A DNA stretch of 62,910 bases, the filler included, from Globobulimina sp. (Eukaryota): the NCBI GenBank assembly GCA_003354225.1. It is 57 parts of 57 records of this genome, joined end to end, with 100 filler letters (N's around TTAATTAATTAA, not from the genome) between each part and the next. Parts side by side here need not be neighbours in the genome. Positions count along the whole stretch, not along the records: positions 23,227 to 24,232 come from PIVH01026022.1; positions 24,333 to 25,338 come from PIVH01026023.1; positions 25,439 to 26,444 come from PIVH01026024.1; positions 26,545 to 27,550 come from PIVH01026025.1; positions 27,651 to 28,656 come from PIVH01026026.1; positions 28,757 to 29,761 come from PIVH01026027.1; positions 29,862 to 30,866 come from PIVH01026028.1; positions 30,967 to 31,971 come from PIVH01026029.1; 49 more parts are not named here. The stretch is one strand, 5' to 3'. The translations under genes were made by a program, and so were the position numbers. Within the stretch, counting starts at the first letter, position 1; each line of letters starts with the position of its first letter. Positions 23,127 to 36,491 of this stretch are shown in pieces. Below the pieces are notes generated by a model. That model worked only from the letters and a program-made list of their open reading frames with translations, did no database searches and had not been told where the DNA came from.

Positions 23127-24907
23127 NNNNNNNNNNNNNNNNNNNNNNNNNNNNNNNNNNNNNNNNNNNNTTAATTAATTAANNNNNNNNNNNNNNNNNN
23201 NNNNNNNNNNNNNNNNNNNNNNNNNNTGATGGGCGGTATTGGTGGCATTGAATAACCAGTACATGTGTTAGGTGGCATTGCCTGACGATTGTGTTTTGTC
23301 CAATTAGTGGTTTGATGAACGACATTGCAGTTTTTACAAATTCAGTAACATCAAGATTGAATGTACAGTTATTTGCTAACAAATGCTCGTTTTTGTTGAT
23401 TATACACAATAATTCGGCAATTCTTTTCGTGATATTTTGCGTGGTGGTAACCTATAATTATATGTTCTGTCGATTGCAGAGATAGCTGGAAATGTATTGA
23501 GCAGCATACCACAAAGCCAGGAACCAATTCATGGTGATATTGAGAACAACGTGTTTCGTCGTCATTGGTGTTGATTTTTTTCTCTTCCTCATCCATCATT
23601 CCATTGGTTGTGTTACGTAGAGAATAGACTGAATAGTGGGTTCCGGAAGCCATGTTTCAGTAATTATAAAGTGGTAGGAAACGTGTCAACAACGATATTA
23701 TTGTACCGGCAACGATAGACACTCTACATATTATGGCCAGATCATAGGGGAACATTACACTTTATAGAGATATCAATTTATTTAACAGACAAACAAAAAA
23801 CAAAAGCACTAAAATTAAAAGAAACAAAATGAATATAAGCATGTATCACTATGTAATACATAAGAAATGCATTTTAATTTACAGCATCAATATATATTCA
23901 TTTATCACTGGTTTATATTCTAAAACTTGATATCGTATCATTAGAGCTTTGTTGTTTTCTGAGTTATAATTAATTAAACTTATACGATTTGACCGTCGAT
24001 GTACATTATTATTGACCGGTTTGTTATTATTTAAATTTGTATTCGTTTGGATAATGTTATTCAAAAATGAAATACTCGAATTGTTATTGTTATTGTTATT
24101 GTTATCTGTATGTGTTTGTGTTTGTGGACAGAGTGCTTTTGATGCAATATTGCTGTTTGGATAATGATATTGCGGCATATCCATATTTGCATAACCTGGC
24201 ATGCTATAAAAACTACATTTTTTTGAAATTAANNNNNNNNNNNNNNNNNNNNNNNNNNNNNNNNNNNNNNNNNNNNTTAATTAATTAANNNNNNNNNNNN
24301 NNNNNNNNNNNNNNNNNNNNNNNNNNNNNNNNATGGGGATTAATAACGAAAATCCAGGCACTACGGCACCGCCACCAACTATTAATACTGACCAGAAACA
24401 CGCAAATAAGATAAAAAGGGCAATTCGAAAAAAGGCATATCCAATGCAAGTGATCCAATATGAGACGAAAAATAAAATATATAAAAAACGAGCAAAACCT
24501 TCCGCGATATCATCTTTATAAAAATGGTAAATTGCGTGGACACTAAAATTGCCATTGATAATATTATTATAAATCTGTGTCTGAATTGAAGTCACATCTA
24601 CGTCGATTGCGGTTGAGCTAATATTTAATGCATCTCTGTAATATTAATGTGTGAAACAGTATTAACACAAAACCTACTAAACACGACAACATGTTCAGTC
24701 GTAAGCGTCACTCACTTAAATCCAGATGTTTTGTACATGTATTGTACTTTGCTGAATTCATAATTAATTAATAATATATTGAAAAAAATTTGACAATATT
24801 GGGGAAAAAACAACACACATAATTTACTACACAATTACATTAAAGCTACAAAAACACTCAAAGCATGAATTAATGGATTAAACAACAAAAAAGAATGAAA
24901 CACACAT

Positions 24908-25338
24908 TTATTCTTGAACAGAATTTAGATTTGTTTGAAATTGGTTGATAACCAATTGACATAATGTCCAGTTTGCTTTTTTTATATTTTTTTTATTCTT
25001 ACAATAGTTAACAAACGCTTGTATATCGCTTGGTATTTTTCCTTTCTCTCTCTTATATTCCTTATATGCGCTGCCTATGTCCTGTTTGACCTTCATCGTT
25101 ATCACAGAGTCCCTTTTTTGGCAATGTTTCTCTTCTTGTTTGTAATCCATATCCACGAACATTATCACATTCTCGTCATGCGAATAAGGCGAATGCGACG
25201 AATTAGAATATGGCGAATACGGTGAGCGAGAACCCTTACTTTTAATGTAAACATCATCGGATTTGTATTTCTTTGCAAGTGGTTTGTTCATAGTTGGTCT
25301 CAATTTATTCGCTGTTTTCTTATCTTTGCTGTAAACAT
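24908..25338 (-). CDS. 3' end of hypothetical protein carrying the C-terminal module shared with 53651-53878
   Basis: KQDIGSAYKEYKREKGKIPSDIQAFVNYCK...NLNSVQE*. Confidence 0.75.
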
Positions 25339-25438
25339 NNNNNNNNNNNNNNNNNNNNNNNNNNNNNNNNNNNNNNNNNNNNTTAATTAATTAANNNNNN
25401 NNNNNNNNNNNNNNNNNNNNNNNNNNNNNNNNNNNNNN

Positions 25439-26363
25439 GGATAATGCACCATGGGATTCAGCACAAATGTTACACCATATTGCATTGGGAAGGCAAACTC
25501 ATATGTTACGAATGCATACGTTTCCACATAAAGGGCAATATATATATTTTGCGATTGATACAATGATTCAACCTTTTTTCCTTCAGCGCAATGCTCATGA
25601 CTCACAAATAAATGTTGGTAAAAATATTGGAGGCAATGATTGGGTGCTTCAAGGAAATGAAGGAACAATATATCAAATACAAAAAATGAATCGCCAACAT
25701 TATTGCAACAATGGTGGGAATATAAAAAAATTAAAACAAGAAAATGAAGAAAAACAAATATTTGTTTATGAAAGAATTGCCAAACGATATGATACAATTG
25801 TATTTGGACAATCTACTCAACAAATATTGAATATTCCAAAAGTGAAAAAAACAGCAAAGAAAAATAAAATGAGCTATAATTTATTTGAATCAAAATGGAA
25901 TGATTTAACTGGTATATCGGAAAAATGCACTCAAATGATAAGAGCATTGGAAAGCATAGAATGTAAAAAAATTGATAATGGATATGAATGTAGCGAATTC
26001 CCAGAAATTGTAAAAACTGTTAGCGAACATCCGATTGTTAGTGAACAAATAAAAAAACTCAGAGCAAAAAGATGGACCGATACAGGTGAATCTGAAGAAA
26101 AAGATGACACTGTGTATATTGATATTGATGCTGAGGAGAAAGATGATGTTAAATCTAATGAAGTAATTGCATCAAATGAGTCAAATAAACCACAACAAAC
26201 ATCCAAAATAAATAATAAAAAAAGAAAACGGAGTCAAGAAAGTAATGAAGAACCAAAACGTAAAAGGCACAAAAATAGTGCTAGAACAACACGAAATAAC
26301 CACAATAACAACAACAACAACTCAAATGTTTCAAATATGGCTGAAAATTTCAACTTTTTCTAA
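25439..26363 (+). CDS. Hypothetical protein, 3' part
   Basis: About 300-aa open frame with basic, NLS-like tail. Confidence 0.55.
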
Positions 26364-26823
26364 TAATAATGTCATTGTTTCCATTGCAGAGAAAATCCAT
26401 TTTAGTCTCACAATATGTGCTTGTTTTGGACCGGTACAATCGATNNNNNNNNNNNNNNNNNNNNNNNNNNNNNNNNNNNNNNNNNNNNTTAATTAATTAA
26501 NNNNNNNNNNNNNNNNNNNNNNNNNNNNNNNNNNNNNNNNNNNNTAATCAAATACCGCAATATATTCATATTTTGTATTAATATGCTTAAATATATTATT
26601 TTGTTTGTAATACAGAGCAAAATTATAAGGACATTGCATATTTTATATTTGATGGCACAGAGAATATTTATATTTGTTATTATGTGACAGTATACTGCTA
26701 TGTGTGATTTCTTGTTTTCATTTATGTTTCATAAAATTGATAGCATTTGCATATTACCCATAAATTTCAAGAATTTTAGGACAAGTACAGTTTTTGTGTA
26801 GTTGAGAAACTTTAAAGTAAAAC

Positions 26824-27550
26824 ATGAGTAATGGAAGAGACTTCTACACACTTCTGTTGCTCTCGTCATGTTGTGTTTTGCTAATTATATGGTTTGCCAC
26901 ATTGCAGCAATATTGCGTAAGTAATTTTTATGACAAACCACGATTACACCGGATATTATGTGCAGTATTATTTATAACGTTATCACTGATATTAAATATT
27001 TTGGTTTATGTGTCTCTCATATATCCAAACGCAAAAACACAATCAGGATTATCATTGATGTTTATTGTTTGTATATTTGAAGCTTTTTACATATTGGTCG
27101 CATTTCACATCTTCCGCATATTTCATCTCTGGGCTATAAATCAGTTTTATGAACCACTAAATAAGGAAATACCTAAATGGAATTATTATTTCTTTAATAT
27201 ATTGCAAGGATCTGTCATTGTGATGGTACTAATTTGTTATGGCTTTTTTTATTATTCAAGTGATGGACAATGGATAATACGTTTTTATCTTTTTATAGCT
27301 TTTATTATTTTAATTCAAGCAGTGTTTGCTTTATTTAATCTAAAAAAAACGACGGATTTATTTAACAATTCAAAGAAAAACGCTTTAATTAAGTCTGCCA
27401 AGAGATATATTACAACAATATACATATTAACTGCATTGCTATGCAGTTATAGCATATTCCAAGCTTTTATGTGTTTCGTCATATTATTTAACGATAAAAT
27501 TGTCTCATTTAATCATAAACTAGGTATGGTATATCAGATATATTCAGTTA
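26824..27550 (+). CDS. 7TM-like multi-pass membrane protein, 5' part
   Basis: Six hydrophobic segments in 242 aa. Confidence 0.7.
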
Positions 27551-28756
27551 NNNNNNNNNNNNNNNNNNNNNNNNNNNNNNNNNNNNNNNNNNNNTTAATT
27601 AATTAANNNNNNNNNNNNNNNNNNNNNNNNNNNNNNNNNNNNNNNNNNNNTAGTTGTTGTTGATGTTTACGATGACTTTTGTGGTCGTGGCACTACGTTT
27701 TTTGACAATGGATATGATAATATATCACACCCAATTTATCATTATTCGTATAAATATAATCTGAAATATCTGAAATATAATAATAAAAATTCAATATTGT
27801 TATTATATGTTGTTAATGATGCCATTATTGATGTATTTGATGGCTTTAAGTCGTATTTAAATATCTCTTTATTCAGTTTTGTTATTGTTGGTGAAGTGGG
27901 TGATGTGTTTGAATGGATTGGAGTCATTGGGGAGGCTTTAAATACATATTTAACACAATTATTATGTGCATATTTAGCACAATTATCAAATTTATTACTT
28001 TCCTTTACATTGAATGCGATTGTTGATGATATTGATTTTGATTTTTGTAATGTTATTGGATTTAATGATGCCATAAAATACGAAAACGTTATAACTGATA
28101 ATATCCATTGCGAGACGAATAATAACCAATATATTGACCGTGATATTGATCGTGACTTCAAAGACGACTTACACTCATGGGTGTGGAAAAATACTATTTG
28201 ACGTGTGACGAAAGAATGAAAAAATGTAAAGTTTAAGTTTTGGAAGCTTAAAATGTGAAAATGTTGGTAACTTACAAACTGACTATTTCTTTCCTTTCTT
28301 TTGAGAAAAGGGTGATGTGGATTTCTATCCTTTTATTGATTACTTATATATGTGTGACTGAGAATGTTTCTAACTTAAAGTTTTCTTAGTTTATCTATCT
28401 ACGCATCTTAAAATTACTCGTTTCTAATCCTCACAAACTATAAATAAATATACAAGTTTCTACATTTGGGGGGTCAAGTGTTCAACCTATTCACGATATA
28501 GAGTTGTACCCGTAAAAAGAAAAGAAGAAGAAGAAGGTAAATATATGTTAGATATATGCATAATATAAGAAAGTTAAAGTGAGGTACACGTACATAAGTT
28601 TGTATATACGTTTTTGAGAAAAGTTAAGGACTAGTCTTAGTTATAGCGAGTAGAGANNNNNNNNNNNNNNNNNNNNNNNNNNNNNNNNNNNNNNNNNNNN
28701 TTAATTAATTAANNNNNNNNNNNNNNNNNNNNNNNNNNNNNNNNNNNNNNNNNNNN

Positions 28757-28948
28757 TATGGACAATGCGTTGGCAGACTCAGTGATATCAGGTTTTGTTG
28801 ATTGAGGTTTTACTGGCTGGCAATGGTCTATCTTGGGAACCAATGCTTGTTCTGAGCCTTCAATCTCGTTCCAGTCATGCTCGTATTCATGATGTTTACC
28901 TTCTAATTCTTTTGCTTCATCACCGGCAGTCTGGTCAATCGATGCCAT
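28757..28948 (-). CDS. Hypothetical protein, 5' end
   Basis: ATG at 28948, frame open to the contig edge. Confidence 0.45.
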
Positions 28949-29005
28949 GATATTGGTTAAAGTCCGTCAATCCTTGAAAACTGTTGGTGTCTTTGAAGTA
29001 TTTCC

Positions 29006-29761
29006 ATGACGTACGTTGTCAACGACAAAATTAAATTAATCGATGGCTCCGATGCGATTATTAAATTCATTGGCAAGGTTGATATTTGCATATACAATAT
29101 CTACTTAACTAAAATTCATGAGACTCCATATATTATACAACAACAGACACGTTTAGACAACACCATATGGTTTGGTATTGAATATATGTCATCCTTAACC
29201 TCATCATTTAAACCAACACTAATTACAATCGCAGATATTAAATCTCTGAAAAAGAAATCATATGAATCAAAATCAAGCAAAAAAAAACTGAGAGCACATA
29301 ACAAAACATCATCGTCCATATTAACTACGAATGCGATAAACACGTATAAAAAACGTATAAAATCACCAAGAAAACGTATTAATTTGTGTTTCTGTCTATG
29401 TTTTTATGTTAGTATACCATAAATATGCCATATATATATAGATTCAAATGAGTCCATATTTCAACAAAAAGTGAACCAATCCTTGGCCAAAAAATCAGTC
29501 AAGAAACAGAAACAAAAAAAAAAAGAGCGATGTTCATCCGCGCCATCAAAAACGATCGAAACGCATTTAATTGCAATGGACACAATGGATATAAATAATA
29601 CATTTGCGATTAATGATAATTTCGATGCGATTTCTTCAACGATCAATGATAATTTTGATGCTGTGACAAATATGAATAATTATAAAAATAAAATAAAAAA
29701 GAAAAAAAGACGGAATAAATATCATAGTGATATAACCGCGAACATTTTATCGTTATCAGCA
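29006..29761 (+). CDS. Protein with degenerate N-terminal CAP-Gly-like domain, intron about 29078-29146, partial
   Basis: VNDKIKLIDGSDAIIKFIGK|TRLDNTIWFGIEY. Confidence 0.55.
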
Positions 29762-29861
29762 NNNNNNNNNNNNNNNNNNNNNNNNNNNNNNNNNNNNNNN
29801 NNNNNTTAATTAATTAANNNNNNNNNNNNNNNNNNNNNNNNNNNNNNNNNNNNNNNNNNNN

Positions 29862-30812
29862 GCAAACCTGTCATACTGACCGGATCTCAGGTACTGTTAC
29901 ACGCATACATGTATATCCAAGTGTTAACACATAAGGGGTCTTCGGTGCGTGCAGCAAGATATACTGGAGGCATCGGGCCTTGAACAGAGATACTTCCTTC
30001 TTTATCGATGTTGAGCCCTTGTTCCACCAACACTTTTGTATTATGAATACGTTGCGCCCCGCTTGTAATCTCTTCGCCGCGCAAGAAAAAATCATAAGAG
30101 TTACTAACTAATGGATTATACGGATCAGGCATCGTATAAAATGGCCTGGCCGCCAATGGGTATTTATCCACACAGTAAAACTCTGTGCCATGTTTTTGTG
30201 CCACCAATCTGCCCAACAATTTCTCTTCGGGCGTACTAAAATCCTTTGACAAACCCATCAATAATGCTTCTGCCTCTTCAGTAGCACCATCCGCCAACAA
30301 TTTATCATAATATTCTTGCGTCATTTGCTTGGCTTCTTTGAAGGTCAAAATTAATAATTTATCATCGAATTTCAACGGCTCAAACGGATATTGCGCATTG
30401 ATGGCCTCCATCTCGGCTTGGTAATATTTGTTCAAATTCTTAAAAATGTACACAAACATATTACCAATGATGGCTAATACTTCGTGATAATGTTCTCGAA
30501 ATTCCATCTCCAAATCTAAGCCCGTAAACTCGCATAAATGTCGGTGTGTGTTGCTATCTTCCGCTCGGAACACTGTATACAATTTAAACATTTTTCAAAG
30601 TAAAAAAAAAAAAACTTGAGCCTGTCACAATGTCACATGCCTGGACCCACTTCGAATACACGAAAGAAGTCTGAACAAATCCCCATTTGTTTGTAAAGTT
30701 GCGGCGACTGTGCCAAAAATGCATCTTTGCCAAAATATTGTAATTTAAAAACATTTGCGCCGCCCTCAGACGCTGCACCGATTAATTTTGGTGAATGTAT
30801 CTCTATAAAACC
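29862..30812 (-). CDS. DARS1: Cytosolic aspartyl-tRNA synthetase, internal part; GC-AG intron 30573-30640
   Basis: [69 protein letters not shown]. Confidence 0.97.
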
Positions 30813-30966
30813 CTATTTTTGCATGCATTACAATTATTCCATCTCAAAAACGCATAAAAATATGCANNNNNNNNNNNNNNNNNNNNNNNNNNNNNNNNNN
30901 NNNNNNNNNNTTAATTAATTAANNNNNNNNNNNNNNNNNNNNNNNNNNNNNNNNNNNNNNNNNNNN

Positions 30967-31971
30967 ATTGCCGATCGAGATGAAAATTTACGCACTGCCA
31001 TAGACAGTTTATCCACGCCATTGTTCCAAAACGATGAAGACGGCGCGCCCTTTTCTATTCGCTGTGTATTGGATCCATTGTCGCCACAAACACAGCGGAT
31101 CATATCTTTTATCGACGAGCTGTATGATTATCATAATTTATTTGACATTGAAATATTATTCAACCCGGTGACCGATATGAAAGAGGAAATAAATCGGTAC
31201 GGCTTCCCGAAGAAATTGGGCAGGTTTTATCGCTATGTGTTCAATCCGAATAATTACATTGCGAACGGGGAGGATAATTCGGATAAGGCTGTATTTGTAA
31301 ATATGCCCTCTGATGATGTGCTGACTATGGGTATCACCGATACGCCCGGCACGTGGCTGTATGAGTCGTTAGTGTGCAAATACGATTTGGATAATTTATT
31401 ATTATCCAACATCGAGGTGGCTCAAGGGAATAAAGGGAATGCGTTAGCGGTAAATTATCATTTAACAAGGATGCTAATTCAAGGACAATGCTTTGATGAA
31501 AAGTCTCAACCTGTGCCAGGATTGCAGTTGGAATTAAGGAACAACACAAATCTATTTGATGCTACCATTGCTATGCAGACATTGGGGTACTGGCAACTTA
31601 AAGGTATGCTGTGTGACAGTGTCATGCATTCTTTGTTTGAAGTTTTGGAGTAAAAATTAACAAAAATCACTCTCACGCAGCAAACCCGGGCGTGTGGGAG
31701 ATTCGGTTGAGAGAAGGTCGAACCACTCAAGTTATGGAGGTGGATGCCAATAAAACCAAGTCTGATGATACGTTACTGATTGAAGATGAAGATTCATTGA
31801 CCATCAAAGTTGTACTAAATTCATTCACGCGCACTCCATTCCGATTGCGTACCAAACACAAAGTTGGCATGGAAAAGGAAGAGTTGTTGCCACAGCTAAC
31901 CGAGGAACAAATTGAAGCGGCCGAACAACACCGATTGAAGGAAAAACAGGAAAAACTGGAGAAACGAAAGA
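30967..31971 (+). CDS. UGGT: UDP-glucose:glycoprotein glucosyltransferase, internal part; intron 31604-31680
   Basis: VLDPLS, RFYRYV, YDLDNL, PGLQLEL, TIAMQTLGYWQLK|ANPGVWEIRLREGR. Confidence 0.92.
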
Positions 31972-32071
31972 NNNNNNNNNNNNNNNNNNNNNNNNNNNNN
32001 NNNNNNNNNNNNNNNTTAATTAATTAANNNNNNNNNNNNNNNNNNNNNNNNNNNNNNNNNNNNNNNNNNNN

Positions 32072-33076
32072 GATGACATCATTGCAAGTGTACGAATGCA
32101 ACCATCCTAAAACAGTATAATAATTCATCACAAGTGCTTGTTGCATTTGATTGACATTCAGAAATAAGGAATTCTGCCACATAAAATACACTGATCCTTG
32201 CGATGCATTATACAGAAAACCATCATAAGCATAGATGTTATCATTGTTACTGCATTCTGTTTTTGTTGGTGCATATTTTTGCGAGCTGGAAATTGAAGAA
32301 TTTGAATCGGAGCTACAAAATGTATCAATGGTATAATTAACATTTGATTCATCGCAAGCAATTATTGAATCAATACCAACCGAATCAATACCAATGCCAG
32401 ATATTTTTAAATTAAATCCACTCAAAAATCCGCATGTTTCATTTATCTTAAAAGTGCCGTAAAGTTTTCAATGGTAATCTGTTTGTATGCGTATACTGAG
32501 AAAAAAATGTACGGCCCTTTTAAAAGTAAATGAAACATGATGTGGTAACTGAAGCAGATGAGGTTGTATAAGTTGTTTTTTTTTCTGACGGTATTAAATT
32601 ATCCCATATATATTCATCAGTGTCCCAATGTAATTTAACATTGAATGTGGATAACGAGCCAGCATTGTTTGTGGATAATGTACGTATGCCGAATTTTGTA
32701 ATTTTGGGCGGTTTGACTGCTCCTTCATTTGCTTCGTTTTTGTGGTTTATGACATCACTCCGAAATACGACATATGATATTGTTAAAGCGGCATTTTCTT
32801 GATTTCCCATAGCAAAATTATCATATTTTAGCCGTTGCGACCAATAACAACATTGCAACGATTGGACGTAGATTGTGGCAGCTGCAGTGTTTGCAAATTG
32901 TGATGGTAAACAAAAGGAAGTGATGTTATAAGAATTTTTATCTTCATCATATACTGTTATTTCTGCGATTTGCATTAAATCAGATGTGTCTCCAATTAAT
33001 TCTATCTTCATTGTATATTCTTTATTTGGTAATGAGCCGGCGATTAATGTTGCTTTTGGTGCTGTCTCTATTCCGC
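32072..33076 (-). CDS. Hypothetical, probably extracellular protein, partial and spliced
   Basis: Two same-strand ORFs (32520-33011 and one ending at 32425), rich in Cys/Ser/Thr. Confidence 0.4.
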
Positions 33077-33176
33077 NNNNNNNNNNNNNNNNNNNNNNNN
33101 NNNNNNNNNNNNNNNNNNNNTTAATTAATTAANNNNNNNNNNNNNNNNNNNNNNNNNNNNNNNNNNNNNNNNNNNN

Positions 33177-33787
33177 AAGAGGCGGATTTGGCATGTCGGG
33201 GCTGTATGGGATCCCGGTCCAAAAATCAAAGCCATGATTAGCAGGACAATAAGTACAATTTTCGCCAGCTACGCCAAGATGCCATTTTCCTATGATTGCA
33301 GATGAATAATTAAGATCTTTTAAAAACGATGCGATGGTTATTTCAGATAATGGTAAACCACCAACACTTCCTGGACTAAAAACACCTTATTTTAAAATTA
33401 TTAGATATAAAAGAAAGTAAATGTAATCAGATGATAATGTACCTGGCCATACACCAGAACGAGTTTGAGTTCGTCCAGTTAGGAGACAACTTCTCGAGGC
33501 GGAACAAGTTGGAGAACCGCTATAAAATGCAGTTAGTTTTGTTCCTTCGCGTTGTAATTGATTAAGATTCGGTGTCAATGAGGATGGATGGCCAAATGAT
33601 TCAAGGTCTCCCCTGTGATGTGGGTGAAATATATATTGAATAAATTATTGTCAAGAGTTTATAAAACATACCATCCCATATCATCAGCATAAAAAAAAAT
33701 GATATTGGGGAGAAATCCAAGTGGAGGAGCACCGAAACAATCTGATACCAAATTAAGTATCACCAAAATAATGAGAACTGAAAACAT
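33177..33787 (-). CDS. Arylsulfatase (ARSA/GALNS-like), 5' part with two introns
   Basis: Signal peptide, PNIIFFYADDMGWGDL, TPNL, CSASRSCLLTGR (FGly motif), GKWHLG, HGFD. Confidence 0.93.
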
Positions 33788-33877
33788 GTTGTTGGACTGA
33801 GCCGGTTTCTAGTTAATATTTTATAAAAGGATCCTGTTTTCAAGTTTTTAACGTCTTCTGATGTGGAGGAGTCCAGC

Positions 33878-34181
33878 ATGTCAAGTTTACGACCAACTTC
33901 CATTTTTTTAACACTTTTCCTCTCGACATGCATATCACTAAACACTTACTACATAACACACGAACCGACTGGAGAGATAGTATGGCGACTAACCACTCCA
34001 TTTTACCCACAAGTGGCCACATCTTATGGCGAAATAAGAATAGGAAAAGAAATGAGCATCGAATTTGATTTCGTTTATGAGGGCAGAACCTCCACATATC
34101 TTAACTAATTTTTTCGTATTGGTGCTGCGTCAGACACTCAAAACTGTGACGGAGGAGACTCAAAATATCCATCAATGTGGT
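33878..34181 (+). pseudogene. Secreted-type protein 5' part with in-frame TAA at 34106-34108
   Basis: Signal peptide; frame continues plausibly after the stop (FFRIGAASDTQNCDGGDSKYPSMW). Confidence 0.4.
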
Positions 34182-34281
34182 NNNNNNNNNNNNNNNNNNN
34201 NNNNNNNNNNNNNNNNNNNNNNNNNTTAATTAATTAANNNNNNNNNNNNNNNNNNNNNNNNNNNNNNNNNNNNNNNNNNNN

Positions 34282-34396
34282 AATAGTTGCTCATTTTCGT
34301 TTTTAGATTGGAATAGCAACTAAATAGTTGCATATTTTCGTTTTTAGTCTGAAATAGCAACTAAATAGTTGCGCGGCAACTATTTAGGAAACCTAG
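34282..34396. repeat. Repeat cluster with GCAACTAAATAGTTGC palindromes and a 12-bp-stem hairpin (34361-34387); probable transposon end
   Basis: Two copies of about 42 bp, then CTAAATAGTTGC-gcg-GCAACTATTTAG-gaaa-CCTAG. Confidence 0.7.
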
Positions 34397-34547
34397 GCTC
34401 AAAAACACTCACTATAAAAAAACGCACTTAAAAACTTTTTCAACACTATTCACATTTTACATACGCGTAAACATTTTGCACATTAACCAACTTTTCAAAC
34501 ACACCATATTTACAATACACAAACATACGCATACATTGTTTTTGATA

Positions 34548-35286
34548 ATGCTATCAATTGTCACCGAATCCATATCGAACAAGAATCAAATCATGAACAT
34601 ATTGTCAGACAATTACCACACGATATTAATATCAATCATCACTGTGTTGCTCACCATACTCATATCATACATAACATCAACATATTACCATAGAAATTAC
34701 AAAAACAAGGAAACAGAGCCCAAACCAAAACAGAAAGAAACACAAAACACACTCAACAAACCACAACCGCAGCAACAGCAACCTGCAAATCAGCAGAACA
34801 ACGCACCACAATTTGTACCTGTACCTATACCCTCAGCCAAAATAACACCGACTAGTCCACCCCCAACAGCACCCAACGAGATCCCCCATATTCCCCATCA
34901 ATTTGATTTCATCTCCAATGAGAAAAAAAAGCATTTACACTGCAATTATCGCTCCAGCAAAGACGCCAACAACGCAGCAGATATCCCATTCGTTCGAATG
35001 CCAAATAACATCAACTTTGCAAATCCGAGTGGGAACTGCAAAAAAGCACAGTTCAACACCATCGCGAAGATCACCAAAATCACCACCATCCAGATCGGAA
35101 ACGAAGAGCCCGTCACAATCAAACAAGAAACGAGCATCGATATCAACAAACAATTCTGGTCGCCGTTAAGTATAAACCGTGCATTGCGAATTTGCGAAGC
35201 CAACAATAAACTATGTAAACAACATGAAAATACAAACATAAATGCAGATTCATGGACGGTTTGCGCTTCGCCGTCAAACACGACCA
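34548..35286 (+). CDS. Single-TM hypothetical protein with Pro/Gln-rich linker, partial
   Basis: Long ORF; TM segment ILISIITVLLTILISYITS. Confidence 0.5.
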
Positions 35287-35386
35287 NNNNNNNNNNNNNN
35301 NNNNNNNNNNNNNNNNNNNNNNNNNNNNNNTTAATTAATTAANNNNNNNNNNNNNNNNNNNNNNNNNNNNNNNNNNNNNNNNNNNN

Positions 35387-35677
35387 AAACATTGTATAAA
35401 TGCCTTGGCCAGAATAAAAACATTGCATACAATGCATTGGCCAGAATAAAAACATTGCATACAATGCATTGGCCAGAATAAAAACATTGCATACAATGCC
35501 TTGGCCAGAATAAAAACATTGTATAAATGCCTTGGCCAGAATAAAAACATTGTATAAATGCATTTGCCAGAATAAAAACATTGTATAAATGCATTGGCCA
35601 GAATAAAAACATTGCATACAAAGCCTTGGCCAGAATAAAAACATTGCATACAATGCCTTGGCCAGAATAAAAACATT
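35387..35677. repeat. 32-bp minisatellite, about 9 copies
   Basis: Unit approximately AAAAACATTGCATACAATGCATTGGCCAGAAT head to tail, no spacers. Confidence 0.95.
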
Positions 35678-36172
35678 CGCTATGCTACTTCATCTGATTT
35701 ATTTTTATTTGTTATCCGAATATTATCAAAATCTGCAAAGATAATTGGAATGATGCAAGGCAATGATAAATATACAAAACAGAAATACAGAAACTGAAAT
35801 AATATAATTAAGGAACATATTTCCTGAGGTATGTGTCTGAAATAATTACGTAATTTAAACACAATCCTATTAAACAGAACAATATAAAAATAGTTTGTTT
35901 TATATTTATTCATAATAATTTTAAATAACTTGTCATAATATTATTATTATTATTTTGATTTGTTTCAAGATCGAAACTTAATATCATTTGCAACTTATGG
36001 TGATGGTCTTGGTCATGACCCAATAAATCCACCACAAAATCAAGGAGATAGACTTTTCGTTGATCGCCATGCTCACCAACTATTAATTTACAGATAAATT
36101 ACAAAAGTTTTTTTTCTTTGATTATCAAAGCGTTCATTGATGAAATGAACTAAAAGCAAAAATTCTATTGCA

Positions 36173-36293
36173 TAGGGATGACCACATTGAATCTCTTGAC
36201 TTTTGCGTTGTTGTATTGTGTGTGTATTGCATGAATCAGATAGGATCTAAAAGGAAAGACCTCAATTTTTCGATTTGACAAAGTTAGAAATTG
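36173..36293 (+). mobile_element. Dispersed repeat terminus (TAGGGATGACCAC), copy 2
   Basis: Reverse complement of 46797-46929 with a short deletion. Confidence 0.75.
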
Positions 36294-36491
36294 CTAGAAT
36301 TCCATTTTTGTAAAATACAATATTCAGTTGCTATGTCGAACAAAGAAAGCTATGATACAATTTCAAACACTTTTATTACGCAGCTAATTTTNNNNNNNNN
36401 NNNNNNNNNNNNNNNNNNNNNNNNNNNNNNNNNNNTTAATTAATTAANNNNNNNNNNNNNNNNNNNNNNNNNNNNNNNNNNNNNNNNNNNN

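Noticed and set aside
35387-35677. 32-bp repeat as a CRISPR array, and its Cys/Phe-rich ORFs as genes
   Set aside because: Units abut with no unique spacers, no cas genes; the ORFs are translations of the repeat
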